Shown piece by piece: positions 24,250-34,282 of a stretch of 38,578 bases of DNA (its first letter is position 1; each line of letters starts with the position of its first letter). Source of the stretch: Octopus sinensis (lineage: Eukaryota). The notes under the pieces are model-generated. The model was not told where the DNA came from. It saw only the letters and a list, made by a program, of their open reading frames with translations, and ran no database searches. Both the position numbers and the translations under genes were made by a program. The stretch spans positions 1-38,578 of the forward strand of contig NW_021835834.1 in the NCBI RefSeq assembly GCF_006345805.1. Direction: 5' to 3'.

Positions 24250-27165
24250 CATCATCATCATCATCATCGTTTAACGTCCGTTTTCCATGCTAGCATGGGT
24301 TGGACGGTTCAACTGGGGTCTGGGAAGCCAGGAGACTGCACCAGGCTCTAATCTGATCTGGCAGTGTTTCTACAGCTGGATGCCCTTCCTAATGCCAACC
24401 ACTCCATGAGTGTAGTGGGTGCTTTTTACGTGCCACCAGCACAGGTGCCAGGCGAGGCTGGCAATGGCCACGATCGGATTGGTGCTTTTTATGTGCCACC
24501 GGCACAGGTGCCAGGCGAGGCTGGCAATGGCCATGATCGGATTGGTGCTTTTTATGTGCCACCGGCACAGGTGCCAGGCGAGGCTAGCAATAGCCATGAT
24601 CGGATTGGTGCTTTTTACGTGCCACCGGCACAGGTGCCAGGCGAGGCTAGCAATGGCCATGATCGGATTGGTGCTTTTTACGTGCCACCGGCACAGGTGC
24701 CAGGTGAGGCTGGCAATGGCCATGATCGGATTGGTGCTTTTTACGTGCCACCAGCACAGGTGCCAGGCGAGGCTGGCAATGGCCACGATCGGATTGGTGC
24801 TTTTTATGTGCCACCGGCACAGGTGCCAGGCGAGGCTGGCAATGGCCATGATCGGATTGGTGCTTTTTATGTGCCACCGGCACAGGTGCCAGGCGAGGCT
24901 AGCAATAGCCATGATCGGATTGGTGCTTTTTACGTGCCGCCGGCACAGGTGCCAGGCGAGGCTAGCAATGGCCATGATCGGATTGGTGCTTTTTACGTGC
25001 CACCAACACAGGTGCCAGGCGAGGCTGGCAATGGCCATGATCGGATTGGTGCTTTTTATGTGCCACCGGCACAGGTGCCAGGCGAGGCTAGCAATAGCCA
25101 TGATCGGATTGGTGCTTTTTACGTGCCACCGGCACAGGTGCCAGGCGAGGCTAGCAATGGCCATGATCGGATTGGTGCTTTTTACGTGCCACCGGCACAG
25201 GTGCCAGGTGAGGCTGGCAATGGCCATGATCGGATTGGTGCTTTTTACGTGCCACCAACACAGGTGCCAGGTGAGGCTGGCAATGGCCATGATCGGATTG
25301 GTGCTTTTTACGTGCCACCAACACAGGTGCCAGGTGAGGCTGGCAATGGCCATGATCGGATTGGTGCTTTTACGTGCCACCGGCACAGGTGCCAGGTGAG
25401 GCTGGCAATGGCCATGATCGGATTGGTGCTTTTTACGTGCCACCAACACAGGTGCCAGGTGAGGCTGGCAATGGCCATGATCGGATTGGTGCTTTTTACG
25501 TGCCACCAACACAGGTGCCAGGTGAGGCTGGCAATGGCCATGATCGGATTGGTGCTTTTTACGTGTCACCAACACAGGTGCCAGGTGAGGCTGGCAATGG
25601 CCATGATCGGATTGGTGCTTTTTACGTGCCACCGGCACAGGTGCCAGGTGAGGCTGGCAATGGCCATGATCGGATTGGTGCTTTTTACGTGCCACCAACA
25701 CAGGTGCCAGGTGAGGCTGGCAATGGCCATGATCGGATTGGTGCTTTTTACGTGCCACCACACAGGTGCCAGGTGAGGCTGGCAATGGCCATGATCGGAT
25801 TGTGCTTTTTACGTGTCACCAACACAGGTGCCGGTGAGGCTGGCAATGGCCATGATCGGATTGGTGCTTTTTACGTGCCACCAACACAGGTGCCAGGTGA
25901 GGCTGGCAATGGCCATGATCGGATTGGTGCTTTTTACGTGTCCACACACAGGTGCCAGGTGAGGCTGGCAATGGCCATGATCGGATTGGTGCTTTTTACG
26001 TGCCACCAACACAGGTGTCAGGTGAGGCTGGCAATGGCCATGATCGGATTGGTGCTTTTTACGTGCCACCAACACAGGTGTCAGGTGAGGCTGGCAATGG
26101 CCATGATCTGATTGGTGCTTTTTACGTGCCACCGGCACAGGTGTCAGGTGAGGCTGGCAATGGCCATGATCGGATTGGTGCTTTTTACGTGCCACCAACA
26201 CAGGTGCCAGGTGAGGCTGGCAATGGCCATGATCGGATTGGTGCTTTTTACGTGCCACCAACACAGGTGCCAGGTGAGGCTGGCAATGGCCATGATCGGA
26301 TTGGTGCTTTTTACGTGTCACCAACACAGGTGTCAGGTGAGGCTGGCAATGGCCATGATCGGATTGGTGCTTTTTACGTGCCACCAACACAGGTGCCAGG
26401 TGAGGCTGGCAATGGCCATGATCGGATTGGTGCTTTTTACGTTCCACCAACACAGGTGCCAGGTGAGGCTGGCAATGGCCATGATCGGATTGGTGCTTTT
26501 TACGTGCCACCAACACAGGTGCCAGGTGAGGCTGGCAATGGCCATGATCGGATTGGTGCTTTTTACGTGTCACCAACACAGGTGTCAGGTGAGGCTGGCA
26601 ATGGCCATGATCGGATTGGTGCTTTTTACGTGCCACCGGCACAGGTGCCAGGTGAGGCTGGCAATGGCCATGATCGGATTGGTGCTTTTTACGTGCCACC
26701 AACACAGGTGCCAGGTGAGGCTGGCAATGGCCATGATCGGATTGGTGCTTTTTACGTGCCACCAACACAGGTGCCAGGTGAGGCTGGCAATGGCCATGAT
26801 TGGATTGGTGCTTTTTACGTGCCACCAACACAGGTGCCAGGCGAGGCTGGCAATGGCCACGATCAGATGGTGCTTTTTAGGTGCCACCAGCACAGGTGCC
26901 AGGCGAGGCTGGCAATGGCCATGATTGGATTGGTGCTTTTTACGTGCCACCAACACAGGTGCCAGGCGAGGCTGGCAATGGCCACGATCAGATGGTGCTT
27001 TTTAGGTGCCACCAGCACAGGTGCCAGGCGAGGCTGGCAATGGCCATGATTGGATTGGTGCTTTTTACATGCTACCAACACGGAGGCCAGCTGACCCGGC
27101 GCTGGCAACGACCACGTTCTGATGGTCCTCTTACGTGCCACCGGCACTGGTATCACAACTACAAT
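24250..27165 (-). mobile_element. (GAT)n-tailed retro-element (RTE-like 3' end) hosting the 63-bp array
   Basis: (CAT)n-CGTTTAACGTCCGTTTTCCATGCTAGCATGGGTTGGA...GGATGCCCTTCC matches 21016-21260 and the reverse-oriented copy at 34760-34970. Confidence 0.75.
24418..27080. repeat. 63-bp GC-rich minisatellite, about 42 units
   Basis: Unit GGTGCTTTTTACGTGCCACC(G/A)(G/A)CACAGGTGCCAGG(T/C)GAGGCTGGCAATGGCCATGATCGGATT; 21-aa periodicity in the ORF track. Confidence 0.97.
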
Positions 27166-27198
27166 TTCCAAAAGTATCATTATAATTCATTTCCTTAC

Positions 27199-27444
27199 TG
27201 TTTATTTTCAGATGAAATATCCCTCCTTCGACGTTGTCGTCTAGAAATTTCCAAGTCAAACATTTGTTAGTTATTCTCCTCATCCAAAGAGAAGACTTGT
27301 TGCCACTCTGACTCACTTGAAATTCAGTACCTTTGGCACATGATCTATCGCACTCGTATCTCTTATTGCCACAATACCACACAGCCGGTCTCTTCATGTT
27401 TTCAATTTCAATAGAGAGGGTGGCACTTCCTCCGAGTATTTCCC
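27199..27444 (-). CDS. Extracellular domain exon 1 (246 nt, phase 1-1), probable atypical Ig-like domain
   Basis: Acceptor ttctttatttcAG, donor GTAAGG. (G)EILGGSATLSIEIENMKRPAVWYCGNKRYECDRSCAKGTEFQVSQSGNKSSLWMRRITNKCLTWKFLDDNVEGGIFHLKIN. Confidence 0.85.
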
Positions 27445-27474
27445 CTGAAATAAAGAAATCAAGATGTTTACTTC

Positions 27475-27780
27475 CTAGTTACATGGGTCCAGGTTCAGTC
27501 TCACTTAGTGGCACCTTGGGCAAGGGCGTGCCACTATAGTCTTAGGACAACCAAGGCCTTGTGAGCAGATTTGGTAGGTGGAAACTGAAAGAAGACTGTC
27601 GTGTGTCTGCATGTGTGTGAGTGTGTCAGTGTATGTGCGTGGTTGTGTGTGTTTCAGCAAAGCAGTTCAGCAAAGGAGACCAACAAAATAAGTTCCAGAC
27701 TGAGGTCAATTCATTTGACTAAAAATTCTTCAAGGTAGTGCCCCAGCATGGCCATAGTCTAATGACTGAAACAAGCAAGT
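27475..27780 (+). mobile_element. Diverged SINE family A copy
   Basis: catgggtccaggttcagtc...ggcaccttgggcaag...gactgaaacaag. Confidence 0.75.
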
Positions 27781-27872
27781 GACCATCATGCTTGAATGGA
27801 TCAGAGTTTTCATTTGTAACAGTAGGATGCTCTTCCTGCCACTAACCTCCATCTGTTTCCCAGTCTATAGAT

Positions 27873-28091
27873 CAGTGGTTTTCAACCAGGGTTCCGCAGA
27901 ACCTTAGGGTTCCACCAGTACAGTCCAGGGGTTCCGCAAGAAGTTACAATACTGCTAAAATTGGCAGTGATTTTTAATTCTCCTGTGCAGATATGTGTGC
28001 ATAAGACAATTAAATTATTGCACAGGGGTTCCTCGAGCCAGTGGAATGTTTCCTTGGGGTTCCGCTCCAGCAAAAAGGTTGAAAAGCCCTG
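27873..28091. mobile_element. hAT (Charlie-like) MITE
   Basis: TIRs CAGTGGTTTTCAACC / GGTTGAAAAGCCCTG; near-perfect 8-bp TSD ctatagat / ctatagaa. Confidence 0.85.
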
Positions 28092-28374
28092 CTATAGAAT
28101 AACAAACAGCCTGGATATGTTTTATGCAGGGAACTGGGAACAAACGACACCGTATAAATGGGCCTTTTGTTTACTAAGATTGTGCAACACAACAAGATTT
28201 TGTGGTGAACTTCAAGCAAATGACATCGCTGGGAAAACCATATTGTTGCAAGTAGCCATCTTTAAATAAGGGGCCAATTTGTGGTGACTGGCAATATGAT
28301 GTAATGTCGTATTGCCGAAGAAATATCATTGTCGTTTTTCCATTGGTTAATATAACTGCTCATATAAGGATTCT

Positions 28375-28665
28375 GTGGAGGCGCAATGGCCTAGTGGTTA
28401 GGGCAGCGGACTCGCGGTCGCAGGATTGCGGTTTCGATTCCCAGACCGGGCGTTGTATGTGTTTATTGAGCGAAAACACCCAAAAAGCTCCACGAGGCTC
28501 CGGCAGGGGGTGGTGATCTCTGCTGTACTCTTTCACCACTCTTTCTTCTGTCGGCCTGCTCGCTTAGCCAGCGGGGTGGCGTCATTCGAAGGCTAAAACA
28601 ATGTGAACGCATTGTGACCAGCGATGTGTAACAACATCTGATGGTCTGGTCGGTCACGTGATATA
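28375..28665 (+). mobile_element. SINE family B1 copy
   Basis: GGAGGCGCAATGGCCTAGTGGTTAGGGCAGCGG...GGTTTCGATTCCC; reverse complement of 4535-4840. Confidence 0.88.
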
Positions 28666-29023
28666 AAGATTCTAAAAGTTACTTACAGAATATTGGTATG
28701 TAATTTCGATTCTTTAAAGTCAAGTTGAGCAGTTATAAAAACCCGGGATTTTGGGATGTAATTAAACCCCACGACACTCACTCCTTTGAGACATTGGGGA
28801 TTTTTCATGCCATGTCCAAGGAAAATCCAACAATATAGTAAAATAAGTTTGTGGCATATTTTAACTTCTAAAACACCATATCTACCCAGTGCTGCCCTCT
28901 AGTGCAATGGTTCTCAACCATTCTTCACCTATGGACCCCTTTGTTTCCTATTATACTCAGGTGGACCCTTATAACCATTTCTGGTTTAAAACATCCTAGT
29001 ATATTCTTATAATCAAATATTTT

Positions 29024-29431
29024 GGATCTTTTTAGTTTGAACGGCAGTTTTTTCTAGCGGTGTCATATGAAATTGTCACTCATAATTATGACCCTAGTAT
29101 CGATCTATTGCATTTCAATCTGTTTTAGGGTTAGGGGTGGGGGAAGGTATCTTTTTTTTCTTCACAAATGTAAATAAACCCAATCTGTTTTTTAAACGAG
29201 GGACATTTTCATACGGCACAGAATGTTTTTTACCTCAATGGACGTCATTGATTGGTTGAAATTGCAGAAATTGAAGAAAAACAACAAATATCATACAAAC
29301 TATAGAATTTTCTCAATAAAGCCTAGAGAAAAAGATGTTTTATAAACACATTCTTCCAGTATACGAAGTTTAAAAGTGTTTAGTTACCTAGAAATTATTT
29401 TTAAAAACTGCCGGTCAAACCGAAAAGATCC
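29024..29431. mobile_element. GGATC-TIR MITE with an 8-bp TSD (hAT-like), nested in an older hAT-type MITE (~28905-29575)
   Basis: TSD aatatttt at 29016-29023 and 29432-29439; the duplicate near 30630 shows the empty site (aatattattagg). Confidence 0.9.
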
Positions 29432-29868
29432 AATATTTTTAGGAATTATATAACAAAATTGTTAAAATATTTTGTGTACTGTAAAAATATAACCCATTAA
29501 TTGTACATAAATTTTAACAACAAAATCCTATGTGGACCCCCAACAGCCATATTGACCCCGGTTAAAAACCACTATTCTAGTGGATTCCCCGATGAGTGAT
29601 TCTGGCTCATTAGCCTTTATCAATGGGAAACTCCAGAGAAAGATAAACCTGAGCAGATTCAAAGCTGTTGTTTTATCTAAAGAGCAGTCACTATCAGTGA
29701 CTGAGTTGTGCTAGTGAACTGCCTGGTCGGAATAAATGTTTTAAGAAATCAAAAAACACAAATGAAACAGTGAATAAAATTTATGAGTTGAGTTAAAGAA
29801 ATAGAAGAGAGAATTGAAAAAGTTGTGTCTAGTTTAGAAGGCGAAAGGGGATAAGGTAATCCACTTAC

Positions 29869-29925
29869 CACTTTGGGTGAAATTTTTAACTCCTTCTGAT
29901 CTCAAATCGTTTGCACTTGCCAAAT
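29869..29925 (-). CDS. 57-nt linker exon, copy 1 (phase 1-1)
   Basis: catcttccacAG|ATTTGG...CAAAGTG|GTAAGT gives (D)LASANDLRSEGVKNFTQS(G); in frame with exon 27444. Confidence 0.72.
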
Positions 29926-31067
29926 CTGTGGAAGATGAATACAAGGACTTTTGAATTTCAGATTTTACATTCGATCAACAAGATTGTTTCCTATTTCTGT
30001 TACAATAATTAAATAGTAATTAACACGAGTAGATCTAATTACACATTATATACTGTACCACTGGTATGTTACTCCATACTCCTATTAGCAATAATCTACA
30101 TAAACCTAACTTATACACTTAATCTAAGAAGCTCACACTTATGAACCTTTCAGAAAATATACGCGTGATGAGTTTTTCGTACTTACCAGCACTAAGTTAT
30201 TTAAATGCACCCGAGCACTAAACATACTAGTCTAGCACACTACCCCCACCATAGCCTCTATGTCACGCTGGTGAGACCCATATATTTTATAATTATTGGT
30301 GCTACCTTGTTCATGGCTACTGTTTCTAGGATCCATGTTTCCAGGATTATTATTATTATTATTATTGTTATTTGTGCCCTAAGAGTGAAACTGCCAATCA
30401 TAAGTAATCCCTCTTTAGTTAAAATATGTTTGTGACATATTTTAACTTCTAAAGGCAAATTTACTGCATTTACCAAAGAGAAGGATTTCTCACTGATGGT
30501 AAAAGGTGTGAAAACACCATATCTGCCCAGTGCTTACCTATAACACAATGCAACCCTTTTGATTTCTATTTCACTCAGGTGGACCCTTATAACCATTTCA
30601 TGTTTTAAAAAATCCTATTTTTATAATTAAATATTATTAGGAATTGTATTTAAAAAACTGATTAAAAATTTGGTGTACTGTAAAGCTAAAACCAATTAAT
30701 TGTACATAAATTTTAACAACAAAATCCTATATGGACCCCCAACAGCCATACTGACCCCGGTTAAAAACCACTATTCTAGTGGATTCCCCGATGAGTGATT
30801 CTGGCTCATTGGCCTTTATCAATGGGAAACTCCAGAGAAAGATAAACCTGAGCAGAGTCAAAGCTGTTGTTTTATCTAAAGAGCAGTCACTATCAGTGAC
30901 TGAGTTGTGCTAGTGAACTGCCTGGTCGGAATAAATGTTTTAAGAAATCAAAAAACACAAATGAAACAGTGACTAAAACCTATGAGTTAAGTAAAAGAAA
31001 TAGAAGAGAGATTTGAAAAAGTTGTGTCTAGTTTAGAAGGCGAAAGGGGATAAGGTAATCCACTTAC

Positions 31068-31124
31068 CACTTTGGGTGAAATTTTTAACTCCTTCTGATC
31101 TCAAATCATTTGGACTTGCCAAAT
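31068..31124 (-). CDS. 57-nt linker exon, copy 2 (phase 1-1)
   Basis: catcgtccacAG...GTAAGT intact; (D)LASPNDLRSEGVKNFTQS. Confidence 0.62.
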
Positions 31125-31469
31125 CTGTGGACGATGAATACAAGGACTTTTGAATTTCAGATTTTACATTCGATCAACAAGATTGTTTCCTATTTCTGTT
31201 ACGATAATTAAATAGTAATTAACACGAGTAGATCTAATTACACATTATATACTGTACCACTGGTATGTTACTCCATACTCCTATTAGCAATAATCTACAT
31301 AAACCTAACTTATACACTTAATCTAAGAAGCTCACACTTATGAACCTTTCAGAAAATATACGCGTGATGAGTTTTTCGTACTTACCAGCACTACGTTATT
31401 TAAATGCACCCGAGCACTAAACATACTAGTCTAGCACACTACCCCCACCATAGCCTCTATGTCACGCTG

Positions 31470-31960
31470 GGATTCATGCCTCTTCTCCTTATCTCCTCAA
31501 AGACATACATCATCTCGAAAGAGTCCAGAAGCCGGCTACCCGCATGGTTCTTGGTCTCAAGCATTTGTCTTATGAAGAAACGCTGAAGACACTTGACCTT
31601 TATTCTCTAGAAAAACGACGACGCCATGGTGATCTCATTCTCGCTCACAACATCATAAGCGGAAAGTGTAACCTCTCGAAAGAGCTGTTCTTCACTCCGG
31701 CTCCAGAGCGTCGGCTGCAGGGTCACTCCGAAAAGCTCTATCTACGATGATTTCATCTCAATCAAAGGAGAGGAGCTTTCTCCGTCCGGGTTGCGGATCT
31801 GTGGAATAAGCTGCCGGACGAGATAGTGAAGATGCCGACGACCGCTCGGTTCAAAGTCTCTCTTGACCAGAAAAGGCCTGAACTCTTTGCATGAACACCA
31901 CCCTGTACATAACTCCATGTCCCCCTACATGGCCTTGCGCTTTTTGAACCAATAAAAATT
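31470..31960 (+). mobile_element. CR1-type LINE 3' end fragment
   Basis: VLGLKHLSYEETLKTLDLYSLEKRRRHGDLI...GHSEKL...FSVRVADLWNKLP, with one stop. Confidence 0.88.
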
Positions 31961-32237
31961 GAATCGAATAACCCCCAACTATATATATATATATATATAT
32001 ACCCTTATATACAATTAGATATATATTATAGCTAAACTACCCATAGTTGATACATTTACCTAAACACAAACACCCCCAACTGCATCTAGAACTGATATAG
32101 TTTCTTCCCTAAGACCAAAATAGAGCACCCCTTTTAACTACACCCAAACAAGACCATTTTAGATGAAAATAATGGTAATATGAATGAGATTAAAGAAATG
32201 AGTAATTATCTTAACGAAATTACATGAATTAAATTAT

Positions 32238-32610
32238 AGGCGCAGGAGTGGCTTGTTTACCAACCACATGGTTCCGGGTTCAGTCCCACTGCGTGGCACC
32301 TTGGGCAAGTGTCTTCTACTACAGCCTAGAGCCGACCAATGCCCTGTGAGTGGATTTGGTAGACGGAAACTGAAAGAAGCCCGTCGTATATATGTATATA
32401 TATATGTTTGTGTGTCTGTCCCCCTAGCATTGCTTGACAACCGATGCTGGTGTGTTTACGTCCCTGTCACTTAGCGGTTCGGCAAAAGAGACCGTTAGAA
32501 TAAGTACTGGGCTTACAAAGAATAAGTCCCGGGGTCGATTTGCTCGACTAAAGGCGGTGCTCCAGCATGGCCACAGTCAAATGACTGAAACAAGTAAAAG
32601 AGTAAAGAGT
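32238..32610 (+). mobile_element. SINE family A copy
   Basis: Head-to-tail match. Confidence 0.88.
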
Positions 32611-32682
32611 ATGAGAGATAAAATGAAAATTATATTTTGGAGGGGACATTTTCAGTGGTTAGTTAATGAAATCAAGCTGTTA

Positions 32683-32977
32683 GTAATGACCCCCTTCGGT
32701 CAGACACTGACCATGGGTTTGCACCTAGAGAGTTACCCTCTGAGGCACAAGTCTGGGCAAGGTTGTTTTATGGAAGACCAGCAGTCGCCCATGCATACCG
32801 GCCTCCCCTCTCCGATACAGCAACTCATCGCAACTCATTTCTACAGCTGAGTGAACTGAAACATCGTGAAATAAAGTGTCTTGCTCAAGAACACAACACG
32901 CAGCCCGGTCCGGGATTCGAGCTCACAAACTCACGATCATAAGCTCGACGCTCTAACCACTGAGCCACGCGCCTTCA
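32683..32977 (-). mobile_element. tRNA-derived SINE family D with a CORE-like central block and a 12-bp TSD
   Basis: Reverse complement gives GGCGCGTGGCTCAGTGGTTAGAG...GTTCGAATCCC...GTTCTTGAGCAAGACACTTTATTTCACG; flanked by agctgttagtaa on both sides. Confidence 0.8.
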
Positions 32978-33254
32978 AGCTGTTAGTAAATAATATATTT
33001 AAAGTGTTAATGGCGAATGAAGTCAAGGAGTGGAAAAGAATGAGATGAATCGTAGCTTCGCTTCTCAAGATTGTTTGGAGGAGGAATGGGATGTTAGCAG
33101 AAAAAAAGCAAAAATAAAGCAAAAACGGAAGAAAACTTACAAAAGCACCATGAAAACAAAAAGATCAACTTTAAAGGGTCCATCTGAAAAATAATTTTGG
33201 AAAATATGCAAAAAATTGTTAGCATGCGAGACAAAATGTTTCGTGGTATATCGA

Positions 33255-33600
33255 CCGTCTATATTCTCTGGGTTCAAATTCTGCTGAGGTCGACTTTGCC
33301 TTTCATCCTTTCGGGGTCAATAAATTAAGTACCAGTTACGCACTGGGGTCGATGTAATCGACTTAATACCTATGTCTGTCCTTGTTTGTCCCCTCTGTGT
33401 TTAGCCCCTTGTGGATAATAAAGAAATAGGTATATTGACTGTCTATATTCTCTTGGTTCAAATTCTGCTGAGGTCGACTTTGTCCTTCATCCTTTCAGGG
33501 TCGATAAAATAAGTACCAGTTGAGAACTCGGGGGGGGGGGGGTCAATGTAATCAACTTACCCCCACCCCTCCCCCAAACTTGCTAGCCGTATGCCAAAGT
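33255..33600 (+). mobile_element. SINE family C tandem copies
   Basis: ggttcaaattctgctgaggtcgactttg occurs twice. Confidence 0.78.
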
Positions 33601-33935
33601 TTGAAAGCAATGTTACAAATTTAGTTGTTACCTTAATTCAAGGGCAATGCATGAATATCATCATCATCATCACCGTTTAACGTCCGTTAATACTTTTTGA
33701 TAGTTATATATATTTATAAAATATATATATATATATAAAATATATATATATATATTTATAAAATATATATATAATTTTAAAAAAATTTTTAATAAAAAAT
33801 ATAAATAAAAATAAAAATAATAATAAAAATAAATATAATAATAATAATAACAATAATAATAATAATAATATATATATGTACCGTGGGGATTTTTTTTCCT
33901 CTGTCTTCCCTTCTCTGGATCTTTCCTTTTCCTAT

Positions 33936-33970
33936 GTTTCCGACGAAGAGCTTCGCTCGAAACGTTAAAC
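33936..33970 (+). ncRNA. Minimal type I hammerhead ribozyme motif (Penelope-type) with a U4C core change
   Basis: GTTT-CCGACGA-A-GAGC-TTC-GCTC-GAAA-CG-TT-AAAC: stem I GTTT/AAAC, stem II GAGC/GCTC, palindromic AACGTT stem III. Confidence 0.6.
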
Positions 33971-34282
33971 CCTCCTTCTTCCCTTCTTTCCTGAGCGTCC
34001 AATACTATAATTGTTCCACGTCCTCGCGTTGTTGTGTTTTTTTGTGTTTTCTTGTTTGGATTAACTATAAATTTATAAGTATAAATTAATAATTAAAAAA
34101 TTTTTTTTAAATTTTAACTTTAAATTTAATTAATTTAAATTTTGAATTTTATATTTTATATATTTTGTACATTATATTAATTAATTTTATTTCTATGTTT
34201 TGGTTTATGTTTTTCACTGTTTGATTTGCATAATAGTGGTTTTATCTCTAATTTAATATAAATATATATATATATATATATA

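Larger units (their letters stand above)
28845..31469. repeat. Tandem duplication containing the 57-nt exon (near-identical core ~29500-30272 vs ~30700-31469)
   Basis: Both copies end ...gcctctatgtcacgctgg and are colinear across the exon. Confidence 0.92.

Noticed and set aside
24418-27080. CRISPR-like array
   Set aside because: Units are contiguous with no unique spacers, there are no cas genes, and the context is eukaryotic.
24364-27270. Long ORFs (up to 471 aa) on both strands with 21-aa repeats
   Set aside because: They arise from a stop-poor 63-bp unit. Frames switch at single-base indels, four frames are equally open, and the array lies in an intron inside a retro-element.
28375-28450. 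Possible tRNA genes at SINE heads
   Set aside because: A/B boxes are present, but the sequence continues into SINE bodies and I could not build a full cloverleaf.
30060-30240. Candidate signal-peptide exon (VYKLGLCRLLLIGVW; strong CTG|GTAAGT donor near 30186, also present in the duplicate)
   Set aside because: The hydrophobic frame has no ATG, and the ATG-led frame at the strong donor is phase 0 and not hydrophobic. The first exon stays unidentified and needs 5' RACE.
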